From: Vicugna vicugna
Taxonomy: Eukaryota
Direction of reading: 5' to 3'
Assembly (NCBI GenBank): GCA_013265495.1
Contig: MU058451.1
Span: 2,146,167 to 2,210,166, forward strand
Length of the DNA: 64,000 nucleotides
The notes below the pieces were generated by a model. It was not told where the DNA came from. It did no database searches and saw nothing but the letters and a program-made list of their open reading frames with translations. This document shows, one piece after another, positions 63,331-64,000 of the stretch. Position 1 is the stretch's first letter; each line of letters opens with the position of its first letter. Position numbers and translations under genes: made by a program.

Positions 63331-64000
63331 GAAGGACGGGAGAAAGGGGAAAATAGGAGAAGAAAGGAAGAAGCAAAGAGAGAGAAAGTATCTTTTTGCA
63401 GTGGGAAAAATAGAACTTTCAAATACAACAGCTGATTAAGTACAGTGATGATAAAATAGAGACATAAACTCTTTGATGCTGTCTTGGTTAAAACTGAAAG
63501 AAATTATAGGTTAGAATCAATTTGATGTCTTGGGGGCAAAATCCTATTATGTCAAGCACCAGTCATTAATAAGAGAGGTGGACTGAAAAACTTTTCACTC
63601 TTGTACTCTCAGCAGTAAAAAGAACAAAGAAATCAGACGGGAGGGAAAATGTCTTATTTACATTTGAATGATATGGGCCATGACCACTGCTATGTTTCTT
63701 AAGAAGAAACAAGAAGATTCCCAAAATATTCACAAGTTCCTCATGGGCTTTTCTTTCTAGGATGGTCCTAAAAGCTAAGTACAAAATTTCTGGAATGTAA
63801 ACTTTAATCTCAAAGCATGTAAAACAGGGAATTGTTTATTTAATCTGTAGAATAACATTTGTTTTAAGGACTGGAACTTGCTCACTTTAATTGTAAATTA
63901 ACTATTAATCTGACTCATCATTATACAAATTGTGTGGAATTATTTGTTCGTTAGAGAAAATTATTCGGGCCTCTGGGTCTAGTTTTTCTCTATACCTGCT

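Noticed and set aside
1..64000. Interstitial telomeric (TTAGGG)n arrays near TERF1, CRISPR arrays, operon-like or other novel multi-gene systems
   Set aside because: I saw only isolated TTAGGG hexamers, no repeat-spacer array and no prokaryote-like gene organisation. The window is explained by two known genes plus interspersed repeats.
32000..64000. Additional protein-coding genes or coding processed pseudogenes upstream of SBSPON
   Set aside because: No ORF in this region has a recognisable domain outside L1 remnants. Small exons or lncRNAs cannot be excluded without transcript data.

Overview
This is mammalian genomic DNA, most likely from a camelid: it carries several tRNA(Ala)-derived Vic-1-like SINEs and a Tigger1a_Art-like element, and I saw no Alu, Bov-A/BovB or PRE-1. 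The window holds two convergent protein-coding genes. One is the last coding exon and 3' UTR of TERF1 (+ strand, 48-224, telobox Myb domain). The other is a complete, intact five-exon SBSPON (RPESP/C8orf84) on the - strand: exons 31242-31029, 21542-21348, 15136-15046, 13510-13334 and 11596-11479 total 795 nt (264 aa plus stop), with GT-AG introns and consistent phases. SBSPON has a promoter CpG island interrupted by a 55-N assembly gap and a second CpG island over exon 2. The remainder (about 32-64 kb, plus introns) is non-coding and rich in L1, L2, MIR, SINE, MaLR/ERV LTR and DNA-transposon relics and microsatellites. I found no convincing novel biological system. The most interesting observations are: extreme GC3 and an Ala/Arg shift in SBSPON exon 2 (possible GC-biased gene conversion); a locally templated insertion and a small polyadenylated orphan retrocopy nested in one old L1; a possible transposon-donated poly(A) signal in the SBSPON 3' UTR; a 3'-truncated L1 with a perfect TSD; and a convergent pair of CTCF motifs. 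Repeat family names and comparisons with human come from memory and need confirmation by database search; repeat boundaries are approximate unless a TSD is given.
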